Below are positions 27,699-36,459 of a stretch of DNA of 57,520 nt, in pieces. Both the position numbers and the translations under genes were made by a program. The notes under the pieces were generated by a model, which was given only the letters and a program-made list of their open reading frames with translations, did no database searches and was not told where the DNA came from. Every line of letters begins with the position of its first letter. Positions within the stretch are counted from its first letter, which is position 1. The DNA is from Actinomycetota bacterium (GTDB taxonomy: Bacteria > Actinomycetota > Geothermincolia > Fen-727 > Anoxymicrobiaceae): positions 1 to 57,520 of the forward strand of contig JAGUWJ010000070.1 in the NCBI GenBank assembly GCA_020062425.1, written 5' to 3'.

Positions 27699-28949
27699 CT
27701 ATAGCCAGCCCCGCCACTGCATGGCCTCGATCACCCTCTCGATGGCCACGATGTAGGCCGCGATACGCATATTCACGCCATACTTCGACGACGTCTCCAG
27801 CACCGAGTGATAGGCGCGGGTCATCACGTCGTCCAGCTTCTGGTAGACCTCGTCCTCGGACCAGCTGTAGAGGTTCATGTTCTGGACCATCTCGAAGTAA
27901 GAGACTGTGACCCCGCCGGCGTTGCAGAGGAAATCAGGCAGCACATGCACGCCCTTCTCGAAAAGGATCTCGTCGGCCTCCGGCGTGGTGGGGCCGTTTG
28001 CCAGCTCCGCCACGATCTTGGCCTTCACATCCCCGGCGTTCTCGGCGGTGATGACGTTCTCCAACGCCGACGGCATAAGGATGTCCACGTCGCTGGTGAT
28101 GATATCGTCAGGCTCCATACCCTCGGTGCCATCGCATCCCACCACCGTGGTGGTCTCCCTCTTGTGCGCCACGGCGTTTTCCGGATCGATGCCGTCGTCC
28201 AGGTTACAGACGGCCCCCTTGGTATCGGATACGGCGACTACCTTTGAGCCGAACATCTCGTGCATCAGCTTCGCCGCGAAGTATCCCGCGTTACCGTAAC
28301 CCTGTATCGCCACGGTCGCTTTCGAGAGGTCCAATCCCAGTTCCCCGGCAGCCTCCCTGACGGTATAAAGGCCTCCCCTTGCGGTTGCGTCCTCCCGGCC
28401 GGGTGAACCCCCTACGCAGAGCGGCTTGCCGGTGACCACGCCGAACTGGGTGCGCCCAGCTATCTTCGAGTACTCGTCCATCATCCAGGCCATGACCTGC
28501 GGTGTGGTGTAGACATCGGGGGCCGGCACGTCCTGCTCCGGGCCGATGAACTGCCAGATAGCCCGCACATACGCGCGACTGAGCCTCTCCAGTTCAGCTT
28601 TGGACATCTGCTTGGTGTCGCAGACCACGCCGCCCTTGCCGCCGCCCAGCGGGATGTCCACCAGGGCGCACTTCCAGGTCATCCAGGCGGCAAGTGCCCT
28701 CACTGTGTCCACGGTCTCCTCAGGGTGGAACCTCAAGCCCCCCTTGGCGGGGCCGCGGGCGTCGTTGTACTGTATGCGGAACCCCTCGAAGACCTTGACG
28801 GTTCCGTCATCCATGCGTACGGGCAAGGTCACCCTTATCTCTCTCATCGGGTTCCGAAGAAGCTCGCGCACGTTATCATCGAGCCCCATTATCTCCGCGC
28901 ACTGGTCGAGCTGCTTCTGAGCAATCTTGAACGGGTTCAACTCTGCCAT
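27699..28949 (-). CDS. gdhA: glutamate dehydrogenase (Glu/Leu/Phe/Val family)
   Basis: GPAKGGLRF, MTWK, GGGKGG, DVPAPD, VTGKP, QGYGNAG, ELANGP, NAGGVTVSYFE; AAGGAG RBS before ATG 28949. Confidence 0.93.
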   Translation of the reverse strand: MAELNPFKIAQKQLDQCAEIMGLDDNVRELLRNPMREIRVTLPVRMDDGTVKVFEGFRIQYNDARGPAKGGLRFHPEETVDTVRALAAWMTWKCALVDIPLGGGKGGVVCDTKQMSKAELERLSRAYVRAIWQFIGPEQDVPAPDVYTTPQVMAWMMDEYSKIAGRTQFGVVTGKPLCVGGSPGREDATARGGLYTVREAAGELGLDLSKATVAIQGYGNAGYFAAKLMHEMFGSKVVAVSDTKGAVCNLDDGIDPENAVAHKRETTTVVGCDGTEGMEPDDIITSDVDILMPSALENVITAENAGDVKAKIVAELANGPTTPEADEILFEKGVHVLPDFLCNAGGVTVSYFEMVQNMNLYSWSEDEVYQKLDDVMTRAYHSVLETSSKYGVNMRIAAYIVAIERVIEAMQWRGWL

Positions 28950-29162
28950 CTCTTGTCTTCTCCTTCTCTGTTGCTGTTCTCGCCTCGCACTGTGGCGCTG
29001 TTTTCCGGAATCAGCATATTCCCCGAGCACGGCGGAGTAAAGAAAAAGGCACCAGCACCGAGGTTAATCCAGACAGGTCTCACCTGCGGGTATAGGATTG
29101 AGCTGAGCCAGTAGACACGTACGAACAGATGGTCCGCTCCTCGGAAGCGAAGAGGTGATCCC

Positions 29163-30269
29163 ATGGCGAAGGAGATCGAGCTGAGCGATGAGATGCGTAA
29201 GAGAATCGCGGAAGAGAACGCGGCGGCGATAGAGCGTGAAGGGCTGAACCCGGACGCGGTAGAGCCGTGGGAAGACGGCTACCGCACCGCGAAGCAGGAG
29301 GACGCGTTCGAGTGGTGGTATTTCGACGCTCAGTTCGATGACGGTTCCACCTGCGTGATCACCTTCAACACCAAGCCCAACACCAAGCCTAAAGGCCCGC
29401 TGGCGCCGTCCGTCCTCTTCATCACGCGCTCCGCGGAGGGCGTGAGGAAGAGCGCGGTGTTGAACGGCGAAACCACCGACCTGGAGTCTTCAACCGAAGG
29501 TTGTGACGTTCGCATCGGGCCGAGTTGGGTCAAGGGCGACCTCGCCCAATACGAGCTGCACGCGGAGGCGGACGGGCTGGCAGCCGACCTACGTATCAAG
29601 CGCGCCGCGCCGTCGTGGCGCCCTGGTGCGGCGATCACCTACCTCGACCCGGGCAAGAAGTTGTACTTCGCCTGGGTGGTGCCCGTCCCGTACGGAACGG
29701 TGGAGGGCGAGCTGGAGGTGGATGGGAATCGGAAGCAGGTCAAGGGGACCGTATACCACGACCACAACTGGGGCAACTTCCTGCTGGCGAAGATGCTGGA
29801 CCACTGGTACTGGGGCCGGGCCCACGTCGGCGATTTCAGCATCATCTTCGCCCAGCTCACCACGGCGGGTATCCTCGGCCTCGGCGCAGTAAAGCTGCAC
29901 ACGTTCTTCCTCTCCAGGGGTGACGAGATACTCACCGACGACGGGCTGCCGCTCCACCTGGTGACGCGCGACTTCCGTGAGGGGCCGGACGGCCGCATGT
30001 ATCCGTCCGAGCTCGATTTCAGCTGGGAAGCCGAGGAGGGTTCGGTGAAGATGGCCATCCGCAACCCGAAGCTCATCGAGTCGATAGATACGCTAGGCGA
30101 GGTCGCGGGGTGGGCCAGGCCGCTGGTCCATCTGGTCACGAACCCCTGGTACTATGATTTCGAAGCGGACCTGGCTCTCGAGGTCGACCTCAAAGGGATC
30201 AAGGCGCACGAGGAGGGGAGGGTCATCTACGAGCAGATGCTGTTCCACAAGAAAGCGGTTGACGACTGA
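29163..30269 (+). CDS. CrtC/AttH-like lipocalin-fold protein (hydroxyneurosporene synthase-like)
   Basis: EDG.RT, FEWWYFDA, YHDHNWG, WYWGR motifs. Confidence 0.75.
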   Translation: MAKEIELSDEMRKRIAEENAAAIEREGLNPDAVEPWEDGYRTAKQEDAFEWWYFDAQFDDGSTCVITFNTKPNTKPKGPLAPSVLFITRSAEGVRKSAVLNGETTDLESSTEGCDVRIGPSWVKGDLAQYELHAEADGLAADLRIKRAAPSWRPGAAITYLDPGKKLYFAWVVPVPYGTVEGELEVDGNRKQVKGTVYHDHNWGNFLLAKMLDHWYWGRAHVGDFSIIFAQLTTAGILGLGAVKLHTFFLSRGDEILTDDGLPLHLVTRDFREGPDGRMYPSELDFSWEAEEGSVKMAIRNPKLIESIDTLGEVAGWARPLVHLVTNPWYYDFEADLALEVDLKGIKAHEEGRVIYEQMLFHKKAVDD

Positions 30270-30280
30270 GGAGGAATTAC

Positions 30281-31143
30281 ATGTACCGCTTCAAGGGAGG
30301 ACTCTCGAAAAGGGTTGCGCTGCTGCCCGTGCTCATGGTTTTCATTCTTGCCTGCGGGTCACTGCTCGTCTTCGCCGCCGGCTGCGTAGGCTCCGGTGAG
30401 AACGCCTCGGAGAAGGAGCCCGCTTGGGTCCAGAGCGTGATCTACTTCGGCAGGAATATACCCGCCGGGGTGTCGTCACCGAGGAGCAGTTCGATGCCTT
30501 CCTCGAGGACGTTGTGACCGAGGAGTTTCCAGCGGGCCTGACCGCCTTCGACTCGTACGGGCAGATGCGGAAAAGCGACGGCGGAATTGAGAAGCAGCAG
30601 ACAAAGGTGGTCCTCCTGGTGCACGAGAAGACTAGCGCAAACAGCAAGGCTGTAAGGAGGATAATCGATTCATACCGCTCGACCTTCGGCACGCCGCAGG
30701 TGATGCGCACCACGATCCCTGTAGATGTAGAGTTCTTCCAGGGGGCTAAGAAAACCACCGCGCCGACCAAGCCTGAGGTAGAGGCGTTTGTAAAGGGAGC
30801 AGTCGATTACGCCCGCGCGAACGGCAAAGAGAAGGCGCTGGCCGAGTTCACCGACCAGAACGGCGAGTTCAAGCGTGGCGAGCTCTATGTCTACGCCTGC
30901 GACTTCGAAGGCAACGTCCTGGCCCATGGCGGCGACCCATCGCTGGTGGGCAGGAACCTCATCGACTACACCGATCTCAACGGCAAGAAGGCGATACAGG
31001 AACTCGTCGAGACCGCCAGGAGCGGAAGCGGCTGGGTGAGCTACACCTGGGAAAACCCCCAGACCAAGCAGGAGCAGCCGAAGCTGGGCTATGTCATGAA
31101 GGTGGACGACACCTGGTGGCTGGGCTCGGGCACCTACGAGTGA
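30281..31143 (+). pseudogene. frameshifted lipoprotein: DUF3574-like domain + single Cache domain
   Basis: Lipobox AAGC and YFGRNIPAG in one frame continue as GVVTEEQFDAFLEDVVTEEFPAGLT in another; one extra G in the GGGG run near 30467-30470 restores a single ORF; C-terminal sCache_2 pattern (LYVYACDFEGNVLAHG...GWVSYTWENP...PKLGYV). Confidence 0.75.
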
Positions 31144-31163
31144 GCCCGGCGGGGCTGCGGTTG

Positions 31164-32021
31164 TTAATACTGTATCAGCCCCAGACGCGCCAGTACCTTC
31201 GCGAGAGGCCTGAGCACGCGGACGCGGTTGAGCAGTCGGAACAGCCCGAAGAAGACTTCCGGCGCGGCGCGCTTTAATAGCCAGAAGAGTCTCGCGGACA
31301 ACTGGGGAACAACATAGAGCCTGTTCTTCTTGATGGCTTTGATTATCCTGCGGGCTATCTCGTCGGATGTCACCCTGGCGTAATCGAAAGTGGACTGGGC
31401 CCATTCCCGATCCCACTCTTCGGTGTACCTCATTCGTGAGAGCAGGTCGGTCCTGAACCATATGGGGCAGGCCACCGTTACGCCGATGTTGTCGGGTCCG
31501 AGCTCCATCCTGAGGGTCTCTGAAAGGGATATGACCGCGGCCTTGGTCGCGTTGTAGGGTGACATATCGGCGAGGGAGATGATGCCCGCCACTGAAGCGA
31601 TGTTGAGGACGTGTCCCCAGCCCTGCTTCCTCATCCTGGGTATGAACTCGTGACAGCCGTACAGCGTACCCATGAAGTTCACGTCAAAGACCCAATCCCA
31701 GTCCTCGAGGGGTATCTCACCCATGCTCCCCATGGAAAGCACCCCGGCGTTGTTCACCAGCAGGTCCACCCCGCCCCAATCCTCGAAGAAGTGCTCCGTA
31801 AACGCCTTCACGCTCTCGGCATCGGTCACGTCGGCGTGGAACACCCCTCCTCTTCCACCCGCGCGCTCTACCATCTGGAGGGTCTCCCTCGCGCCCGCGT
31901 CGTTGACGTCGACTATGCCGACGGTCCAGCCCTCTTCCGCCAGCGCCAGGGCGAGCGACCTTCCCAGACCCGAGGCCGCTCCCGTGATGACCGCTCTATC
32001 TCCCTTGAGCTTTGACCGCAA
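31164..32021 (-). CDS. SDR family oxidoreductase (tandem copy 2)
   Basis: TGAASGLG, NNAG, YNATK. Confidence 0.92.
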   Translation of the reverse strand: MRSKLKGDRAVITGAASGLGRSLALALAEEGWTVGIVDVNDAGARETLQMVERAGGRGGVFHADVTDAESVKAFTEHFFEDWGGVDLLVNNAGVLSMGSMGEIPLEDWDWVFDVNFMGTLYGCHEFIPRMRKQGWGHVLNIASVAGIISLADMSPYNATKAAVISLSETLRMELGPDNIGVTVACPIWFRTDLLSRMRYTEEWDREWAQSTFDYARVTSDEIARRIIKAIKKNRLYVVPQLSARLFWLLKRAAPEVFFGLFRLLNRVRVLRPLAKVLARLGLIQY

Positions 32022-32057
32022 GGGTGCCTCCTTTGCTCATCCGACGGAGTTTCGCCT

Positions 32058-32909
32058 TCAAAAAAGTCCCCATCGCGACAGCAGATTACCCACAGGCTTC
32101 AAGAGCCTGAAGCGGTTTGTCAGTCGGAACATCATGTAGCTCGTCTCCGGCGTCGTGCGCATGAGAAACCACCAGACTTTTCCCTTCAGCTGAGGGATCA
32201 CGTATAGCTTGTTTCTCTTCATTGCCGCGATTATCTTACGCGCCACCTCATCGGATTGCATCCGCGCATGGTCGAAGGTGGAATTTGCCCATGACCGCTC
32301 GTACTCGTCTGTATATCTCATGTCGGAGAGCAGGTTGGTCTTGAAGAAATAGGGACAGGCCACAGTGACGCCTATGCGGTGGGGCGCCAGCTCTATGCTC
32401 AGCGTCTCTGACAAAGATTTGACCGCGGACTTGGTGGTGTTGTAGGGAGCGATCCATGGAAGGCTTATTGTGGCCCCGCCGGAAGAAACGTTGAGGATGT
32501 GCCCCCATCCCTGCTCCTTCATCCGGGGGATGAATTCGTGGCATCCGTATAGCATCCCCCAGAAGTTGATACCGAATATCCACTGCCAGTCCTCGAGCCG
32601 TATCTCACCTACCGTACCGGCCGAGACCACCCCGGCATTGTTCACCAGCAGATCCACGCCGCCCCACGACTCGAAGAAGTGCTCCGCGAAAGCCTTCACG
32701 CTCTCGGGGTCGGAAACGTCCGCGTGCATCACCTCGCCCGCGCCGCCGGCACGCTCAACCAAACTCAAGGTCTCGTTCGCGCCCGCATCATCGATATCGA
32801 CTATGCCGACCCTCCAGCCCTCCTCCGCCAGCGCCAGTGCGAGCGACCTTCCCAGCCCTGAGGCCGCTCCCGTGATGACCGCTTTGTCTCCTCTGAGCTT
32901 TGACCGCAC
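32058..32909 (-). CDS. SDR family oxidoreductase (tandem copy 1)
   Basis: TGAASGLG, NNAG, YNTTK; N-terminal half nearly identical to the 31164-32021 protein. Confidence 0.92.
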   Translation of the reverse strand: MRSKLRGDKAVITGAASGLGRSLALALAEEGWRVGIVDIDDAGANETLSLVERAGGAGEVMHADVSDPESVKAFAEHFFESWGGVDLLVNNAGVVSAGTVGEIRLEDWQWIFGINFWGMLYGCHEFIPRMKEQGWGHILNVSSGGATISLPWIAPYNTTKSAVKSLSETLSIELAPHRIGVTVACPYFFKTNLLSDMRYTDEYERSWANSTFDHARMQSDEVARKIIAAMKRNKLYVIPQLKGKVWWFLMRTTPETSYMMFRLTNRFRLLKPVGNLLSRWGLF

Positions 32910-33005
32910 GACCGCCTCCTTTTACTTCATCCGATGCTCGAGTGTCGCCCGACTCGAGCTCTTCCCTTCTGCGAGGACTAAACTTGCGTTGTCTGTCCCC
33001 GGGGT

Positions 33006-34247
33006 TTAGTCCACGGGTAGACCTTCGCGTTTAAGCCAGTCTTCGAACGGCTCGTGTCTGGTGGGCTCGTACCCCCCCTTGCCGAGCTTCCTGCCGGTCA
33101 TAGTGTACCGACCGAGCGAGCGAGCCGCCTGGACCAGCGCGTGCACGTGCTCGTGCGGTGTGCCGATCGGCACCAGATTGGCGAGCAGCGCGAAGCGCCC
33201 CTTTCCGGCACCGTCCCTGATCAGGCCTCTCACCGTCTCAAAGATGCGCTCGGGCGGGCCCTCCTCGATGAGCTCGGGGCGTACGTTCAGCATGAGGCAC
33301 ACATTCTTCTCGTCCGAGTACTCGCGCACTACTGGAACCCCCAGTGCCTCGTAGTCCTCAGCCCACACCAGCAGGAAGAGCGGGCGCAGCGCACTTACAG
33401 GGTTGCCCGCCATCATCTCCATCTTGACGTCCAGTATCTCCCTCGGGTCGCCGGCCTCCCTCTCCCCCCAGCTTCCCGTGTCGAGCACAGTGCGCATGAG
33501 TGAGTTGGTAGCCTTGATGACCTTCTGCACGTACGGCAGGCAAAACTCCCGCACCGCATCCACCTTCATGTTGGGAGCGGAGGCCCAGGCGTCGGACATC
33601 ACCACCATCGAGGGGTGGGCCACCTTCACCATGCTATCAATCCAGGGGACCACCACCTCCATGGAGAGGAACTCCATAAGGCGGTGTGCGAATGCGGGGT
33701 TCCGGCGCATGTCGCGCAGGAATCCCACGTAGCCGCGCGCCAGCACTGCCATGGTGAACGGCGAGCAGCAGTAGCACATGGGGGGCAGCTCCATGATGTC
33801 CATGAACCGGCGGTAGGACTCGAGGATGTACGGCATCCTGCCGCTCTTTCCCGGCACAGGCGGTTTGAGCTTCCTGAACTCCTCCTCGGAAGGGATGAGC
33901 GGCGAGCGCGAGTCGACGTCGGGCTCGCTCCCGTGCCTCCAGACGAGCGCCGCCCCCATCGCCTCCAGCTCGATGTTGTAAAAGTCGAACACCGGCGTGA
34001 AAAAGTCGAAGCCGAAGTACTTGGTGGTGTTGTAGGAGGCGTTCACGAACGGTACCGGCTCGCGGAAGAAAATCCTGGAGGAGAGCCCGTGGATTCCCAT
34101 TGCGTAGGTGTACGGCTGGATCAGGACCGGGACCCTGTCGGGGCGCCCAAAGAAACCCGCTATGAGGCGCTCGAATCCGTCGAGTTCGAAGACCCTGAGA
34201 CCCTTTGAGTAGGCAAGCGCGCGGTTGAGCCTGGCGTAAACGCCCAC
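33006..34247 (-). CDS. uroporphyrinogen decarboxylase / MtaA-CmuA methyltransferase superfamily protein
   Basis: PDRVPV, IELEAMGA, GRMPYILE, SPFTMAVLARG..FLRDM..NP, GTPHEHVHAL; follows a corrinoid protein. Confidence 0.8.
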   Translation of the reverse strand: MGVYARLNRALAYSKGLRVFELDGFERLIAGFFGRPDRVPVLIQPYTYAMGIHGLSSRIFFREPVPFVNASYNTTKYFGFDFFTPVFDFYNIELEAMGAALVWRHGSEPDVDSRSPLIPSEEEFRKLKPPVPGKSGRMPYILESYRRFMDIMELPPMCYCCSPFTMAVLARGYVGFLRDMRRNPAFAHRLMEFLSMEVVVPWIDSMVKVAHPSMVVMSDAWASAPNMKVDAVREFCLPYVQKVIKATNSLMRTVLDTGSWGEREAGDPREILDVKMEMMAGNPVSALRPLFLLVWAEDYEALGVPVVREYSDEKNVCLMLNVRPELIEEGPPERIFETVRGLIRDGAGKGRFALLANLVPIGTPHEHVHALVQAARSLGRYTMTGRKLGKGGYEPTRHEPFEDWLKREGLPVD

Positions 34248-34883
34248 CTAGCTCACCTCCAGCAGGCGGTCGGCGAGCCTCACCGCGGCGAAGGCGTCCT
34301 CCCCATAGCCGTCGGCGCCCACCGCGTCGGCGTACTCCTCGGTGACAGCCGCTCCGCCTACAATCACCTTCACTCTCGAGCGCAGGCCCGCAGCAATGAG
34401 CGCAGCCACCACCCCCTCGATGTTCCTCATGGTGGTGGTCATGTAGGCGCCGAGGCCCAGCACCCGGGCGTCGTGCTCGCGGACAGCCTCCACGAAACGC
34501 GCCGCCGGCACATCCACCCCCAGGTCGACGACTTCGTACATGGAGGCACGCAGCATTGCCATGACTATGTTCTTGCCGAGGTCGTGCGCGTCTCCCTCCA
34601 CCGTACCGATGACCACGCGCCCCTTCCAGCAGCCGGTCCCGGCCCGGAGCCCGGGCTCGAGCATGGTCATTACCTCCCTGAACGCTTCGCATGCGAGGAC
34701 CACATCGGGGAGGAAATACTCGTCATCCTGCCAGAGGCGCCCGGCCTCGTATACGCCTTCTATCGCGGCGTTCAGGACAACACCGGCCTCGACGCCTTCT
34801 TCGAGCGCGGCCCTGGCGGCGGCGCTGGCGTCTTCCTCCTCGCCTTCGCATACGCCCTTCTGCAGATCGTCATGCCAGCCCAA
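34248..34883 (-). CDS. corrinoid (cobalamin-binding) protein
   Basis: GTVEGDAHDLGKNIV (DxHxxG), DLGVDVP, IVGGAAV, ADGYGEDA; four-helix cap domain. Confidence 0.93.
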   Translation of the reverse strand: MGWHDDLQKGVCEGEEEDASAAARAALEEGVEAGVVLNAAIEGVYEAGRLWQDDEYFLPDVVLACEAFREVMTMLEPGLRAGTGCWKGRVVIGTVEGDAHDLGKNIVMAMLRASMYEVVDLGVDVPAARFVEAVREHDARVLGLGAYMTTTMRNIEGVVAALIAAGLRSRVKVIVGGAAVTEEYADAVGADGYGEDAFAAVRLADRLLEVS

Positions 34884-34980
34884 ATATACTCCTTTCCGGG
34901 TTTCCGAATCCTCATCACCTCGAGAAGGTGAGAATATCTGGTGATCGTTTTAATGTACAACCTGAAGGATTGCCGCGGAC

Positions 34981-36183
34981 TCAGGCGGGCGGCGGACCCA
35001 TAGCGCCGGAGGCGATCACCTGGTCGGCCTCGGTGGAAGACTTGCCCAGCAGCTCCTCCAGGAACCACCGGTTGTGCTCGCCCAGCGCGGGGGCCGGGCC
35101 GCGAACCTTGACCTCGCTGTTGGTGGCCTTGACCGCGGGCCCGAAGATGGTCAGCTTGCCCGCGTTCGGCTGGTCCAGCTCGACCAGCATGCCGCGCGCC
35201 GCGGTGTGCGGGTTCTCAACGACCTGCTTCACGTTGTTGACCGGGGCCGCCGGCACACCCTGCTCCATGAGCAGCGGGATGATCTCCTCGTTGGTGAACC
35301 GGGTGGACCACTCCTCGATGATCTTCTTCAACTCGGGCTCGTGCTCGTTACGCTTCATGACGTCGCTGAAGCGCTCGTCCTTCGCGAGCTCCGGCTTGCC
35401 CATGGCCTTGCACAGGTTCTCGAACGGCCCGTCGCCCGCGCAGATGATGAGCACGTAAGAGTCCTTGGTGCTGAAGGTGTCAAACGGCGTCACGTACGGG
35501 TAGCGGTTCCCGGTGCGCCCCGGTATGTTGCCGGTCACCGTGTAGTCTACGAACTTCGCCTCCAGCTGGTTTATGGCGACGTCGTACATGGATACGTCGA
35601 GATATTCGCCCTCCCCGGTGACCTCGCGGGCGAAGAGCGCCGCGGCTATGCTGAAGGCCGCGAAGATGGCGGTGGTGATGTCCACTATGAGGGTGCCGGT
35701 GCGGAGCGGAGGCCCGTCGGGGAACCCGGTGGTGCTCATGAGACCGGCCATGGCCTGGATGACCGCGTCGTAACCGGGAAGCGGCGAGAGCGGGCCGAAC
35801 TGCCCGTACCCAGATATCGAGCACATGACCAGCCTTGGATTGATGGCCTTGAGGGTCTCGTAATCGATGCCCAGCTTGGCCATGGTGCCCGGGGTGTAGT
35901 TCTCGACTACCACGTCGGAGACGGCGGCCAGCTCTTTGAAGAGCGCGACCCCCTCGGGGCTCTTCAGGTCGAGGGTTATGCCGCGTTTGCCGTGATTCAG
36001 CACCACGAACGAGACAGACATGCTGCCCTGGTACGGCGGGAACAGCCGTGCGTCGTCTCCACGGACGGGCTTCTCGACCTTGATGACGTCAGCTCCCATG
36101 TCGGAGAGGAAGAAAGTGCAACCCGGCCCCGCGACGGTGTTGGTGAAATCGATTACCCTCACACCTTCCAGCATTGAACGCAT
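34981..36183 (-). CDS. class III CoA-transferase (CaiB/BaiF family)
   Basis: LEGVRVIDFT..VAGP, MGADVIKVE, DVVVENY.PG, SISGYGQ.GP, GYD..IQA. Confidence 0.93.
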   Translation of the reverse strand: MRSMLEGVRVIDFTNTVAGPGCTFFLSDMGADVIKVEKPVRGDDARLFPPYQGSMSVSFVVLNHGKRGITLDLKSPEGVALFKELAAVSDVVVENYTPGTMAKLGIDYETLKAINPRLVMCSISGYGQFGPLSPLPGYDAVIQAMAGLMSTTGFPDGPPLRTGTLIVDITTAIFAAFSIAAALFAREVTGEGEYLDVSMYDVAINQLEAKFVDYTVTGNIPGRTGNRYPYVTPFDTFSTKDSYVLIICAGDGPFENLCKAMGKPELAKDERFSDVMKRNEHEPELKKIIEEWSTRFTNEEIIPLLMEQGVPAAPVNNVKQVVENPHTAARGMLVELDQPNAGKLTIFGPAVKATNSEVKVRGPAPALGEHNRWFLEELLGKSSTEADQVIASGAMGPPPA

Positions 36184-36459
36184 CTTGATCTCCTCTCGGT
36201 CAGGTACCGGGGTCGATTTCCCCGGCGGCGGTATCACTCCTGCAGTTCGCGTGCGCACCGATAGCTGGCTCCTGGTGAGATTCTACTATTACGGCGGTTT
36301 TAAGACATGTGGATCCAGATATGTCCTACGGGCTATTGACTCATCGGTGGACCAGTGAATAAGAATCGCGTTTATAGACTGTCATGTCATTAGTCAGGCA
36401 TGCCAGCCGGTCGGCGACTCGATGTGGTTACGGAGATGGCGAGGGCAAGGGGGGATCCA

